Below, piece after piece: positions 10,562 through 20,416 of a DNA stretch of 64,000 nt (its first letter is position 1; every line of letters starts with the position of its first letter). The translations under genes were made by a program, and so were the position numbers. The DNA is taken from positions 1-64,000 of the forward strand of contig JAEOTM010000133.1 of NCBI GenBank assembly GCA_016839815.1. Direction: 5' to 3'. Below the pieces are notes generated by a model. That model did not search any database and had not been told where the DNA came from. It worked only from the letters and a program-made list of their open reading frames with translations. Origin of the DNA: Candidatus Hodarchaeota archaeon. GTDB lineage: Archaea > Asgardarchaeota > Heimdallarchaeia > Hodarchaeales > Hodarchaeaceae.

Positions 10562-10694
10562 ACAATCCTTCCTGCGATCGTAGGCATTCAAGATGTTAAT
10601 AAAATACTTAAGCTTTTCATTCTCATAGGTAATGCTCAGCTTGTGGAAATAAAGTATACAAGAATAAAGCAGGTTTTTTCCATTAAACAAGTAT

Positions 10695-11411
10695 CTAAAG
10701 AATTATTTTCTCAACAAGATAATAAAAAAATGCTGCATTACCTAGATAAAGAACCATTACCTGAAAGATACAAAAAATTTTTTGAAAGATCAATGTATCC
10801 TGCAAATGCAAATAAATCCAGTAGGCAGAAAGACCCAAAATAATCTCTGGTATCAGAATATAGACTGCTATGTTTCCGATTCTAGTTACGTCTTGTGCAT
10901 ACCATAAGAAGTCAAGAAATTGTTCAGACAACCCAAAAACTAAAAGAGCGGAGATTCCAACCGTTAAATAGGCATATTTTACATTCAATCGCTTCTGAAC
11001 CCGATTTCCTAGAAGGATCATAAACAGTGGAATAGTCCATAAACCAAACATTTAGATAGATACGGAATCAAAAACATAGATGAATCCACCTTCAGGAAAA
11101 ACTAAAACGTTCAATTGAGCAGCAAGGAATAAATCTGGGAAAAATTGGAAGAAACTTAAAATTACTGAAAAAAACCAGATACTCATTCATTCAGGATAGC
11201 CACGAATCCTACTTATAAACGGAATCATAATTATGTATAGTAAGACCAGTAAACTAATTTTTAATCCCCGAGACAGTCCTAATGGGATTCCTAATACCAC
11301 TAGACACAAAAGGCTAAATAATAAATGGATAGCTACTGCATCTAGTTCATCTTGTGTCAGAAACGACAAGAATTTTTTGTGTTCTGATGTGTGATTATTC
11401 ACTTTCTTCAT
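10695..11411 (-). pseudogene. Membrane protein gene interrupted by two in-frame stops (recalled as DUF6989-like, unverified)
   Basis: ORFs 11187..11495 and 10695..11051 are in one frame. The read-through is ...RGYPE*(TGA 11187-11189)MSIWFFSVILSFFQFFPDLFLAAQLNVLVFPEGG...DSVSI*(TAA 11052-11054)MFGLWTIPLF, a continuous hydrophobic protein. Confidence 0.75.
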
Positions 11412-11624
11412 ACCCACAATTATTATGTATGCAAAGGACGTTAACCTTGGTTTACGAGTCAGATTAACATCAATATTCTGCATATCTTCCCACAAATTCG
11501 TAATTTGTTAAATTTCATTTCTAAATGATTTTTTAATTTTCTAATATCATAGAAGATAAGAATTCAAATAATCTGGTAAAATTGGATAGTATTGTCGTGT
11601 CCACAAGATTGAAGATGAGTACGA

Positions 11625-12164
11625 ATGTTGAATGGGAAAAAAGTCTCCTTAAGAGGATTAGAAGTGTCTGATGCACCATCTCTCCTTCCATATTGGAATA
11701 ACAAAGAATTTATGGATTATACGGGAAGAAACCATCCAGAGACACTAGATACATTAGTAGAATGGATACAGAAAATATGGGAGGAACGTAAAAATAATCA
11801 AAATCATACATTCGGGATTGTTTACAATAAGAGTGAGCATTTAATTGGTTATATTAGTATTAAGATTAAAAATTCCTTTAGTAGAAGAGCTGGCCTAAGT
11901 GTAGGAATTTTCATTCCTGAATTCCGAGATCAGGGATTAGGGACAGAAGCACTCACCCTTTCGTTGGATTATTGTTTTAATTCCTTGAATCTTCTAAGCT
12001 TAGAGCTCAATGTTTTTACAAATAATCCAAGAGCTATTGCATGTTACTCCAAACTGGGTTTTCAATCGATTGGAATCCGTCGTAAAGCTGATTACGTAAA
12101 TAATGAATTTTTAGATGATCTAATGATGGATTTATTAGCAAAAGAATGGAATAGTACAAAATAA
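11625..12164 (+). CDS. GNAT acetyltransferase, RimJ/RimL family
   Basis: KVSLRGLE, FRDQGLGTEAL, NPRAIACYSKLGF, DDLMMDLLAKEW. Confidence 0.9.
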   Translation: MLNGKKVSLRGLEVSDAPSLLPYWNNKEFMDYTGRNHPETLDTLVEWIQKIWEERKNNQNHTFGIVYNKSEHLIGYISIKIKNSFSRRAGLSVGIFIPEFRDQGLGTEALTLSLDYCFNSLNLLSLELNVFTNNPRAIACYSKLGFQSIGIRRKADYVNNEFLDDLMMDLLAKEWNSTK

Positions 12165-12226
12165 TGTGCTTTCCACGATCAAATTCTGATGTGACACCAT
12201 TACACTGAAAAGAGGTTGAATCAGAG

Positions 12227-12263
12227 CTTCGGTGCAAAGAACTTCGGTGCAAAGGTTTATTAA
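12227..12263 (+). promoter_or_regulatory. Perfect 13-bp direct repeat (CTTCGGTGCAAAG x2) abutting a TATA-like box upstream of the peptide ABC operon
   Basis: Copies at 12227-12239 and 12242-12254, followed by TTTATTAA at 12256-12263. Confidence 0.6.
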
Positions 12264-12332
12264 ACTAAATAAAGGTTGGGGTTCTTTGTGTGTCGCAAAA
12301 AAATGAGACATATCAAAAAGGTGAAAAAAAAT

Positions 12333-13970
12333 ATGAAATCTAGAAAAGTTTTATCTAGTCTCGTGCTTTTAATTTTCTCCGTTGGAATGCTTGCTGCTTC
12401 GCAAACACTTACAGTTCAAGCAGCAGGTGGACAAATCGTCATTGGTACAACCGATTCTATTGACGATTTAGACCCCGCAGATGCTTATGACTATTTTTCG
12501 TCAAACATCCTCGTCCAACTTACGCACGGACTAATGCAAATGCCTGTTGAATCAACAGATGCCGAGAAAGGCCCTATAGTTGAATCGTATACCGTCAGTC
12601 CTGATGCTATGACATTCACTTTTACGTTGAAAACTGGAGTAAAATTCAGTGACGGAACTGCATTTAATGCTACAGCAATGAAATGGAATATCGATCGTGT
12701 TCTTGCTAATCCTACTGGTGAACCTGCTTTCCTTCTGACTGATGTCATTGACAGTACTGAAGTTGTTGATGAAGAGACCTTCAAAATCACTTTACTATTC
12801 GCTGATGCAACCTTCTTGCAAAGATTAACCTATACGGTCGCCTGGCCTGTAAGTACAGTTTCTTTACCATTCGATGAATTATCAGGAACTCCTGATATGA
12901 TACCAGCTGGTTTAGGCCCCTATAAAGTAGACACCTGGACAAAAGGAACAGAAATCATCTTAGTACCCAATGAACACTACTTTGGTGATGCACCTGATAA
13001 CGATAAAGTGGTTGTGAAATTCTATACAGATGCCAGTGCTATGCTTACTGCTTTAGAAAGTGGAGAAATTGATGTTGCCCATCGTGTATTCGGCCCTGAT
13101 GAAATGGATTCAATCATGGCTAATGAAGATCTTGAATATGGCTCAAAATCATCCGCAGGAATTCGGTACATCCTTATCAATGTAGATATGTACGATGATG
13201 TGAATGTACGCCGAGGTCTTGCCGCAGCAATCAACAGAACTGAAATTGTAGATACTGTATTTGATAACTTCAATGAAGAATTATACAGTATGGTTCCAAA
13301 AATTTTCACAAGCCATGTTGATGCATTTGATGCTGGACCTGATCAAGCTGTTGTAGCAAGTAATATGGAAACCGCTGGTTATACAAAAGATACCGACAAA
13401 TTCGATATTGAACTCTGGTATACTCCGACTCACTATGGAGATACAGAAGATGATGTCGCTCTTCTTCTTGAAGCCCAATTTGAAGCAACTGGTTTCTTTG
13501 ATGTAACAGTTAGTCAAACAGAATGGTCTCAATATCTTGATCAACGTCAAACAATGGGATTCTATCTTCTAGGCTGGTGGTTTGATTATCCAGATCCAAG
13601 TAATTATGTAGATCCCTTCGTTGGCTCAGGAGCCGTCAGCTTTGGTACAAATTATTCTACCACAGCAATGGATGGCTATATTGACACTATGCTAACTGAT
13701 CCAGACGCAGAGGACAGAAAAGCAGCTACAGAGAATGCTCAAGAATTAATGGCTACCGACGTACCTTTAATTCCCCTATTCACCATGCTTTCTCAATTCT
13801 CCGCATGGCAACCAGGTGTTGAAGGTGTAGTCTTGGAACCCTCCGAAAACCTCCATTATAACTCAATTTATGTTGGAAGTAAAGGAGCTCCAGGGTTTGA
13901 TTTCCTTCCCGCAGTAATAGCCATCTTCTCAGCAGGCTTTGTTGTATCAATTCTGAAAAGAAGAAAATAG
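12333..13970 (+). CDS. dppA: Peptide/nickel ABC transporter substrate-binding protein (family 5) with PGF-CTERM-like tail
   Basis: LDPADAYD, FTLKTGVKFSDGTAFNA, GLGPYKV, GWWFDYPDP; C-terminal APGFD-TM-KRRK. Start at ATG 12333 behind AGGTGA. Confidence 0.9.
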   Translation: MKSRKVLSSLVLLIFSVGMLAASQTLTVQAAGGQIVIGTTDSIDDLDPADAYDYFSSNILVQLTHGLMQMPVESTDAEKGPIVESYTVSPDAMTFTFTLKTGVKFSDGTAFNATAMKWNIDRVLANPTGEPAFLLTDVIDSTEVVDEETFKITLLFADATFLQRLTYTVAWPVSTVSLPFDELSGTPDMIPAGLGPYKVDTWTKGTEIILVPNEHYFGDAPDNDKVVVKFYTDASAMLTALESGEIDVAHRVFGPDEMDSIMANEDLEYGSKSSAGIRYILINVDMYDDVNVRRGLAAAINRTEIVDTVFDNFNEELYSMVPKIFTSHVDAFDAGPDQAVVASNMETAGYTKDTDKFDIELWYTPTHYGDTEDDVALLLEAQFEATGFFDVTVSQTEWSQYLDQRQTMGFYLLGWWFDYPDPSNYVDPFVGSGAVSFGTNYSTTAMDGYIDTMLTDPDAEDRKAATENAQELMATDVPLIPLFTMLSQFSAWQPGVEGVVLEPSENLHYNSIYVGSKGAPGFDFLPAVIAIFSAGFVVSILKRRK

Positions 13971-14287
13971 ATTAGTTTAACTAACTATTAACTTCATTTT
14001 CTCTCTTTTTTTTTATCTCACAAGTATTTAAATATCCCTGTAGTTAAACTACTTGTTTAGACTAGGTTTTTCTCTGTTAAACTAGTTAATACATACTGAA
14101 AATGTTCAACTGGAAGTTTACTGAAGTATTGTTAAGAGAACTTTGCAGACATCCGAGTTTTTTATATATGAATTCTTGAAAGATGGTAATGGTTCAATTT
14201 CTCGAAATTATTCACTGTTTCCTATATTAATTTCAGGGAAGATTTTTCAAATTTGAATAAAAGCCATTCAAGAGAAGGAAATACAAT

Positions 14288-15349
14288 ATGGGCTCACTAA
14301 CAAGATTTGTAGCAACACGAATAGTCCTTTTAGTTCCAATGATTTGGTTATTAGTAACGATTGTATTCTTTCTGTTACGGGTTCTCCCGGGAGCTAATCC
14401 CGCTCTAGTCATGAACCCCAAATTAACTGCAGACCAAGTTCAAGCAATTTCTGCAAGTCTTGGATTGGAACGACCACTATTTGATCAGTATCTTGATTTT
14501 TTGTGGGATTCAATAACATTTGACCTTGGGGTATCGTATAGGACAAACATTCCCATCACTGATGAATTACTTCTTGCTTTTGGACCAACACTCATGTTAG
14601 CGACTTTTGGTATTTTGATCGGAGTTCCTCTAGGAATTTATATGGGTGGAGTAGCTGGAGCAAATCGTGAAGGATATAAGGATCACGCAATCAGACTTTT
14701 TACAATAGGGATTTATTCTATACCAATCTTTTTAGTTGGTATATTCCTACAAATGTTTTTTTCATTTTTCATTCCAGATCTTTTTAGAGGGAATGATACA
14801 ATCTACTATAGCTTAAAAGAAATATTCCCTCCAGTTTCTTTAATGGATGCAGGAAATACGGGAGAGTTCGACCATGTTACTCAAATATGGTTAATTGACA
14901 CAATACTAGCTTTAAGATTTGATTTAACTCTAGACTTGTTAACACACTTAATGATGCCTAGTCTTGCTCTTGGAATGTTAATCGCAGGGGTAATAGCCCG
15001 TCAAGTCCGAACAAATATGATTTTTCATTTAGAACAGGATTATGTCCACTTTGCACGATCGCGTGGAATCCCAGAAAATACTGTAAAATACAGATATGCC
15101 TTAAAAAATTCTGTTGTGCCTGTTATCGGATTGATCAGCTTACAATTTGCTCTGTTACTGGCAGGAGCTATTTTAACTGAAACAGTTTTTAATATCCCAG
15201 GATTAGGAAGATTTTTATTCCAATCTTTACAGGAAAAAGATTTTCCAGCTGTTCAAGGAATAATGGTGATGTTTGTCATTATTGTTAGCATTGTTAGCGT
15301 GATTGGTGATGTTTTGTATGCAGTACTAGATCCTAGAATAACATATTGA
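14288..15349 (+). CDS. dppB: Peptide ABC transporter permease
   Basis: LGLERPLFDQY, DLGVSY, EAA-loop QDYVHFARSRG, ILTETVFNIPGLGR, VLDPRI. Confidence 0.92.
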   Translation: MGSLTRFVATRIVLLVPMIWLLVTIVFFLLRVLPGANPALVMNPKLTADQVQAISASLGLERPLFDQYLDFLWDSITFDLGVSYRTNIPITDELLLAFGPTLMLATFGILIGVPLGIYMGGVAGANREGYKDHAIRLFTIGIYSIPIFLVGIFLQMFFSFFIPDLFRGNDTIYYSLKEIFPPVSLMDAGNTGEFDHVTQIWLIDTILALRFDLTLDLLTHLMMPSLALGMLIAGVIARQVRTNMIFHLEQDYVHFARSRGIPENTVKYRYALKNSVVPVIGLISLQFALLLAGAILTETVFNIPGLGRFLFQSLQEKDFPAVQGIMVMFVIIVSIVSVIGDVLYAVLDPRITY

Positions 15350-16281
15350 TTTTTAGGATGAGGAATATTATGGATCTGAGGACACCGGAAAAAATTAGCT
15401 CATTTGACTTAAAACGAAGGATTTTACATCTTTTCTCAGTTTTTAGAGAGAATAAATCCTTATCAGTTGGCATATTCATTCTAACAGTAATTATCTTTAT
15501 GGCCCTATTTGCTGATTGGATAGCCCCATACGGGTACGCTGAAAGGGCAGGTGGTCGATACGACCCCCCAGGTGGAGATCATCTATTTGGTACCTCTTTA
15601 CTCGGATATGATGTTTTTTCACGTGTAATATATGGTTCTCAAGTAGCACTTATTATCGCTTTTTCAGGCACAATCTTAGCCTTGAGTGTTGGTGTTCCCC
15701 TTGGGATTATTTCAGGTTACTTTGGAGGAAAAATTGACCGATTATTAACTCTCATTGCTGATTCGATTTATTCATTTCCCTCACTCCTACTTGCCATAAC
15801 TTTATCAATATACTTATCTGTGTTTGGTATTTTGAAAGTTGTTGCTGCTGTCGCCGTTGCTGTATCAGTAGTTTATATTCCTACGTATTTCCGTGTTGTT
15901 CGCGGACAAGTTTTGCAAATTAAAGAAGAAGGATACGTAAGAGCAGCAAGATCTATGGGGGCTGGCAGGTTTACCATCTTAATCCGTTATGTAGCGCCAA
16001 ATGTCTTAGCTTCTACTATCGCAATCATCCCTTTCAATATGACTGATGCGATTCTCACCAATGCTGCACTAGCATTCTTAGGATTGGGAATCACTCCACC
16101 TACAGCTGATTGGGGGTATGATGTCTACGATGCTAAGACTCTTGTTAAAATACGAGCTTATCCATGGTTAATCCTATTTCCGGGACTTATGATTTTTCTT
16201 CTGTCTTTTTCACTTTCACTTATTGGAGATGCCCTAAATGACAAATTCAATCCCATTATCAGTCAAAAAAATGGAAAATAG
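15346..16281 (+). CDS. dppC: Peptide ABC transporter permease
   Basis: HLFGTSLLGYDVFSRVIYG, YVRAARSMGA, LAFLGLGITPPTADWG, LIGDALND. Confidence 0.92.
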   Translation: MIFRMRNIMDLRTPEKISSFDLKRRILHLFSVFRENKSLSVGIFILTVIIFMALFADWIAPYGYAERAGGRYDPPGGDHLFGTSLLGYDVFSRVIYGSQVALIIAFSGTILALSVGVPLGIISGYFGGKIDRLLTLIADSIYSFPSLLLAITLSIYLSVFGILKVVAAVAVAVSVVYIPTYFRVVRGQVLQIKEEGYVRAARSMGAGRFTILIRYVAPNVLASTIAIIPFNMTDAILTNAALAFLGLGITPPTADWGYDVYDAKTLVKIRAYPWLILFPGLMIFLLSFSLSLIGDALNDKFNPIISQKNGK

Positions 16282-17287
16282 AAACAACCAACCCTTATTG
16301 GAAATTAATAACTTAATTGTTGAATATCCAATAAAGGAAGGGAATGTTAGAGCAGTAGATGAAGTCTCACTTTCACTTAATCGAGGTGAAGTCATGGGAC
16401 TGGTAGGAGAATCAGGGTGCGGTAAAAGTACATTAGGGTTTACGATCTTAAAGTTGCTTAAAGGAGGAACAGTAAGAGCTGGAGAAATTAATTTTACGGG
16501 TACAAATTTAGTTTCTATGACTGAAGAAGAGATACAAAAATTGAGAGGCCCAGAAATATCGATGATTTTCCAAGCTTCACAAAATGCACTCAATCCGTTG
16601 CAAAAAGTCTCAAATCATTTTATTGACACGCTAAAAACTCATAATCGCTGGGATGACAACGCATGGCAGTCAGTGTTAGCCTTACTCAACCGTTTGGAAA
16701 TTCCGGAATCACGGTTGAAGGATTATCCCTTTCAGTTCTCTGGAGGAATGCAACAACGAATAGTTATCGCGTTAACTCTTATTTTAAATCCCAAACTAAT
16801 CATTGCAGACGAACCTACCACTGCCCTAGATGTTCTGGTTCAAGCACGTTTATTAGAAATTCTTAAAGAGATTATAAAAGAATATAACTTAACTGTTATT
16901 TATATAACCCATGATTTGGGTGTGGTTGCAGAAATCACAAATCGAGTGGCCATTATGTATGCTGGTCAAATTCTAGAGATTGGTGATACGCAAACAATTT
17001 TTGGAAATGCTTCTCATCCGTATACCAAGGCTTTAATTGATGCAATCCCGAATGTGAAGGATGAAGAAAAAAAGAAAATGAGTTTTATTCCTGGACACCC
17101 TCCTGATCTAAGAAATCCTCCAATTGCATGCTGTTTTGTAGATAGATGTCCTTACAATAAAGATATTTGCCATTCTGAAAAACCTCTGTTATTAGATCTG
17201 GAATTCAAGAATGGAACTCAACATAGTGTCAAGTGCTTTATCTATGATGATAGATATCAGCATTTATTCAGTAAAAAAGCGGACTAG
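16271..17287 (+). CDS. dppD: Peptide ABC transporter ATPase
   Basis: GESGCGKS, FSGGMQQR, IIADEPTTALD, ITHD, HPYT and a C-terminal Cys cluster. Start set at ATG 16271. Confidence 0.93.
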   Translation: MENRNNQPLLEINNLIVEYPIKEGNVRAVDEVSLSLNRGEVMGLVGESGCGKSTLGFTILKLLKGGTVRAGEINFTGTNLVSMTEEEIQKLRGPEISMIFQASQNALNPLQKVSNHFIDTLKTHNRWDDNAWQSVLALLNRLEIPESRLKDYPFQFSGGMQQRIVIALTLILNPKLIIADEPTTALDVLVQARLLEILKEIIKEYNLTVIYITHDLGVVAEITNRVAIMYAGQILEIGDTQTIFGNASHPYTKALIDAIPNVKDEEKKKMSFIPGHPPDLRNPPIACCFVDRCPYNKDICHSEKPLLLDLEFKNGTQHSVKCFIYDDRYQHLFSKKAD

Positions 17288-17295
17288 GGATAAAT

Positions 17296-18510
17296 ATGCA
17301 CGCAGAATCAGATTCAAAATTAAAAGAACCTCTCCTTGAAGTAATTAACCTAAAAAAGTATTTTCCAGTTGAAGGAGGAATTCTTCAGCGAATCCTACCC
17401 ACACAAAAAGATTATGTACACGCTGTGGATGATATTAATTTTACAATCAATAAGGGGGAGATTTTTTGTCTTGTAGGGGAAAGTGGATGTGGAAAAACAA
17501 CTGCTGCAAATGTATTAGTTGGTTTGGAGGATGCAACCTCTGGTTCTTTTAGGTGGAAAGGAGAATCAATTTCATATGATGAACTCAAACCAAAAATCAA
17601 AGATATCAAATCCCAAATTGTTTTTCAAAATCCTTACTCTGCATTAAGCCCAAGAATGAGACTGGGAGATTCTGTTCTTCATTCATTAGTAATTCACAAG
17701 CGTGTACAGGATAAAAATACACTTAGACGAATAAGAAATTCAAATCTTGCAGAAATATTCCTTTTTACCAGTTCCATGATATCAATGTTCCTTTTCATAC
17801 TTTCATTTATGTTAGGATCGTTAAACGGCATTATAAGTGTAGTTTCAGGTGTTGTATTATTTTCAATTGCCTTGGCTGCTTATCTTAACTTTTCATGGTT
17901 TCAAAAACGAAAAATTGTTAATCCACGTGTTCTCGATCTATTTCAAGAAGTAGGCCTCACTCCAGCTCTTCAATACTATCATAAATTCCCCCATGAAGTA
18001 AGTGGGGGTGAAAGGCAAAGGGCGAATATCGCCCGAGCTATTATCTTAAATCCTGAATTACTTATTGCTGACGAACCTACAAGTATGCTTGATGTAAGTT
18101 TACGTGCAGGCATTCTTGATTCTTTGAAATCCTTACAAGAAACACATAATATCTCAATCTTATTCATTACTCATGATTTAGCGACAGCTCGTCATTTTGG
18201 AGATAGAATAAGTGTAATGTATGTAGGGAAAGTTGTAGAAATGGGTGAAGTCGATGCTATTTTTAAAAATCCGTTGCATCCTTATACTAAAGCTCTTATT
18301 GATGCTATACCTACCCCAGTTCCGGGAGATAAAGCGTATAACCTTCCTAAAGGAGAGGTTCCTGACTCAATTAATCCACCTCAAGGATGTCGATATCATC
18401 CACGGTGTCCATATGCACAGTTTCCAAAATGTGACACTGAAGAGCCAAAACTAAGAGAGCTAGCACCTAATCATTTTGTTGCTTGTCATTTTCCATTGAC
18501 ATCCAAGTAA
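17296..18510 (+). CDS. dppF: Peptide ABC transporter ATPase with an inserted hydrophobic hairpin
   Basis: GESGCGKT, VFQNPY, VSGGERQR, IADEPTSMLD, HPYT, GCRYHPRCP; ~50-aa hydrophobic insert at aa 151-201. Confidence 0.9.
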   Translation: MHAESDSKLKEPLLEVINLKKYFPVEGGILQRILPTQKDYVHAVDDINFTINKGEIFCLVGESGCGKTTAANVLVGLEDATSGSFRWKGESISYDELKPKIKDIKSQIVFQNPYSALSPRMRLGDSVLHSLVIHKRVQDKNTLRRIRNSNLAEIFLFTSSMISMFLFILSFMLGSLNGIISVVSGVVLFSIALAAYLNFSWFQKRKIVNPRVLDLFQEVGLTPALQYYHKFPHEVSGGERQRANIARAIILNPELLIADEPTSMLDVSLRAGILDSLKSLQETHNISILFITHDLATARHFGDRISVMYVGKVVEMGEVDAIFKNPLHPYTKALIDAIPTPVPGDKAYNLPKGEVPDSINPPQGCRYHPRCPYAQFPKCDTEEPKLRELAPNHFVACHFPLTSK

Positions 18511-18515
18511 GTAAC

Positions 18516-20228
18516 CTATTGATTTTCTGCTCTTAACTCCTTTTTGTCTACCTTTCCCACAAGTGTTAAGGGTAATTCCTCACGAATTTCAATAAATTTA
18601 GGCACTTCATAAGGAGCTACTTTCTCTTTTGCCCAATTTGCAATCTCTGATTTTAGCTGAGACTTATCAACACTGGAATACTTAGGAGTAACAGTAAGGT
18701 AGGCTTTCACATATTCTGAACCAGGTCGCTCTGGATTAGGAACCCCAATAGTAGCTACCATTTCAATAGCTGGATGTTCGGTAAGTGTATTTTCTAATTT
18801 ATTCGAGAAGACCTTGAAACCTCCAACGATAATCATATCTTTGGTTCTATCAACAATACGCAAATATCCATCTTCATCAAATATCGCCACATCACCTGTG
18901 TGAAGGTACCCATCCTTATCGATTGTATTGGCAGTTTCTTCGGGTTTTTTCCAATAACCTTTCATTACTTGAGGCCCTTTGACACATATCTCTCCTGCTT
19001 GACCGATTTCCACCTTTTCACCGGTTATTGGATCTACAAGTTTGATATCCGTGTTCATCAGAGGCAAGCCTATTGAACCTAACTTTTTCTTACCCCTATA
19101 AGGATTCATTGTTGACAGAGGACTACATTCAGTCATTCCATAAACTTCTAAGAGCTTATTTTCCCCAACAAGACTTTCTAATTCTTTTTGAGATTCAACG
19201 GGAAACGGTGAAGCCGAGCTAATGCATGTATCCAAGGAGGAATGATCTAACCGCTGGAATTTTGGATTTTTAAAAAGCATCTGAAAAAGAGAGGGGACGT
19301 TAACCAGCGCCGTAACTTCATATTTTTCATAAAGTGAGCACATATGATCAGTATCTCTGGGATTAACAACCAGAAGTTGCGGCCAACCCAAATACAAACA
19401 ATTTTCACAGAAGAATATCCCAGCTACATGAAAGAAGGGGAACCCTGATAATGCAACACCAGCTCCTCTTTCCCACGAAAGCCATGTTTGTACCATAACC
19501 AAATCTGCGACAATACTTCTATGAGTTAGCATTGCTCCTTTGGGAGGTCCTGTAGCCCCACCTGTATAAAGAATATAAGCTAAATCATCAGGTGTTAGAT
19601 CATTGCCAGGTAATAACGAGTCATATCGTTTATCCTTTATAATCTTCATGAAATCCTTTACATCTTTTCCTTCTATCGGTTTGATTTTCCCTGTAGGAAT
19701 TTTTTTGATGAGTTTCCCTAATATTTGCTTGAACTTTGGTAAAAAATCTCCAACATTTGTCGTAATGATCATTTTTAGTAAAGGAACACGATCAATAATA
19801 GCGATCAGTCGTTTTTCAAAGACAGCATCTAATGTGACAAGAACTTTGGTTTCAGAATCAGTGAGTTGATACACTAGCTGGTCTTCAGAAAGAAGGGGAC
19901 TGACTCCAGTAACCACTAAACCAATTTTCATCGCACCCAGAAGTGCAATAATATATTGCGGTGTATTCACTAAATTTAATCCAATAGTATCTCCTTTTCT
20001 AAATCCCGATTCAAGAAGCATATGAGCAAATTTATTTGAATAATAATCCAATTCTCCAAAAGTGAGTTCTACACCTAAAAATTCAAGAGCTAGATTATCT
20101 GGTATTGTGTCAAAAGTTTGTCTAAGCGCGTGGGTAAACGTAGTATCCCACAAACTAGGATCAAGGTCATGTACATGTTCATCATATGATTTGGTCCAGA
20201 AGCGTTCTTGATTGATCATTATAAGCAC
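18516..20228 (-). CDS. Long-chain fatty acid--CoA ligase (FadD-like AMP-binding enzyme)
   Basis: YTGGATGPPKG, VYGMTE, GPQVMKGYW, LHTGD, DRTKDMII, LPLTLVGKVDK. Confidence 0.9.
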   Translation of the reverse strand: MLIMINQERFWTKSYDEHVHDLDPSLWDTTFTHALRQTFDTIPDNLALEFLGVELTFGELDYYSNKFAHMLLESGFRKGDTIGLNLVNTPQYIIALLGAMKIGLVVTGVSPLLSEDQLVYQLTDSETKVLVTLDAVFEKRLIAIIDRVPLLKMIITTNVGDFLPKFKQILGKLIKKIPTGKIKPIEGKDVKDFMKIIKDKRYDSLLPGNDLTPDDLAYILYTGGATGPPKGAMLTHRSIVADLVMVQTWLSWERGAGVALSGFPFFHVAGIFFCENCLYLGWPQLLVVNPRDTDHMCSLYEKYEVTALVNVPSLFQMLFKNPKFQRLDHSSLDTCISSASPFPVESQKELESLVGENKLLEVYGMTECSPLSTMNPYRGKKKLGSIGLPLMNTDIKLVDPITGEKVEIGQAGEICVKGPQVMKGYWKKPEETANTIDKDGYLHTGDVAIFDEDGYLRIVDRTKDMIIVGGFKVFSNKLENTLTEHPAIEMVATIGVPNPERPGSEYVKAYLTVTPKYSSVDKSQLKSEIANWAKEKVAPYEVPKFIEIREELPLTLVGKVDKKELRAENQ

Positions 20229-20416
20229 CTTTACTTGAATATTTACAGGTAAACTACGAATCCTTCGAAAATGATATCTGGTTTATATTAACTTAGCATT
20301 ACTGTTCATCTAGGTTCTTGCTAGTCATAAGTACTTTATAACCGCAAATATAAATAAGAATTGGATATTTGATACCAAAAAGTGTACTTTATCCTAGAAC
20401 ACGCGGTTTGAAGATC

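Noticed and set aside
11052-11189. Stop-codon recoding or selenocysteine read-through
   Set aside because: Two different stops (TGA and TAA) are involved, both are used as normal terminators throughout the window, and the context suggests Trp and Tyr rather than Sec.
12227-12254. CRISPR-like repeat
   Set aside because: Only two 13-bp units with a 2-bp spacer, and no cas genes.
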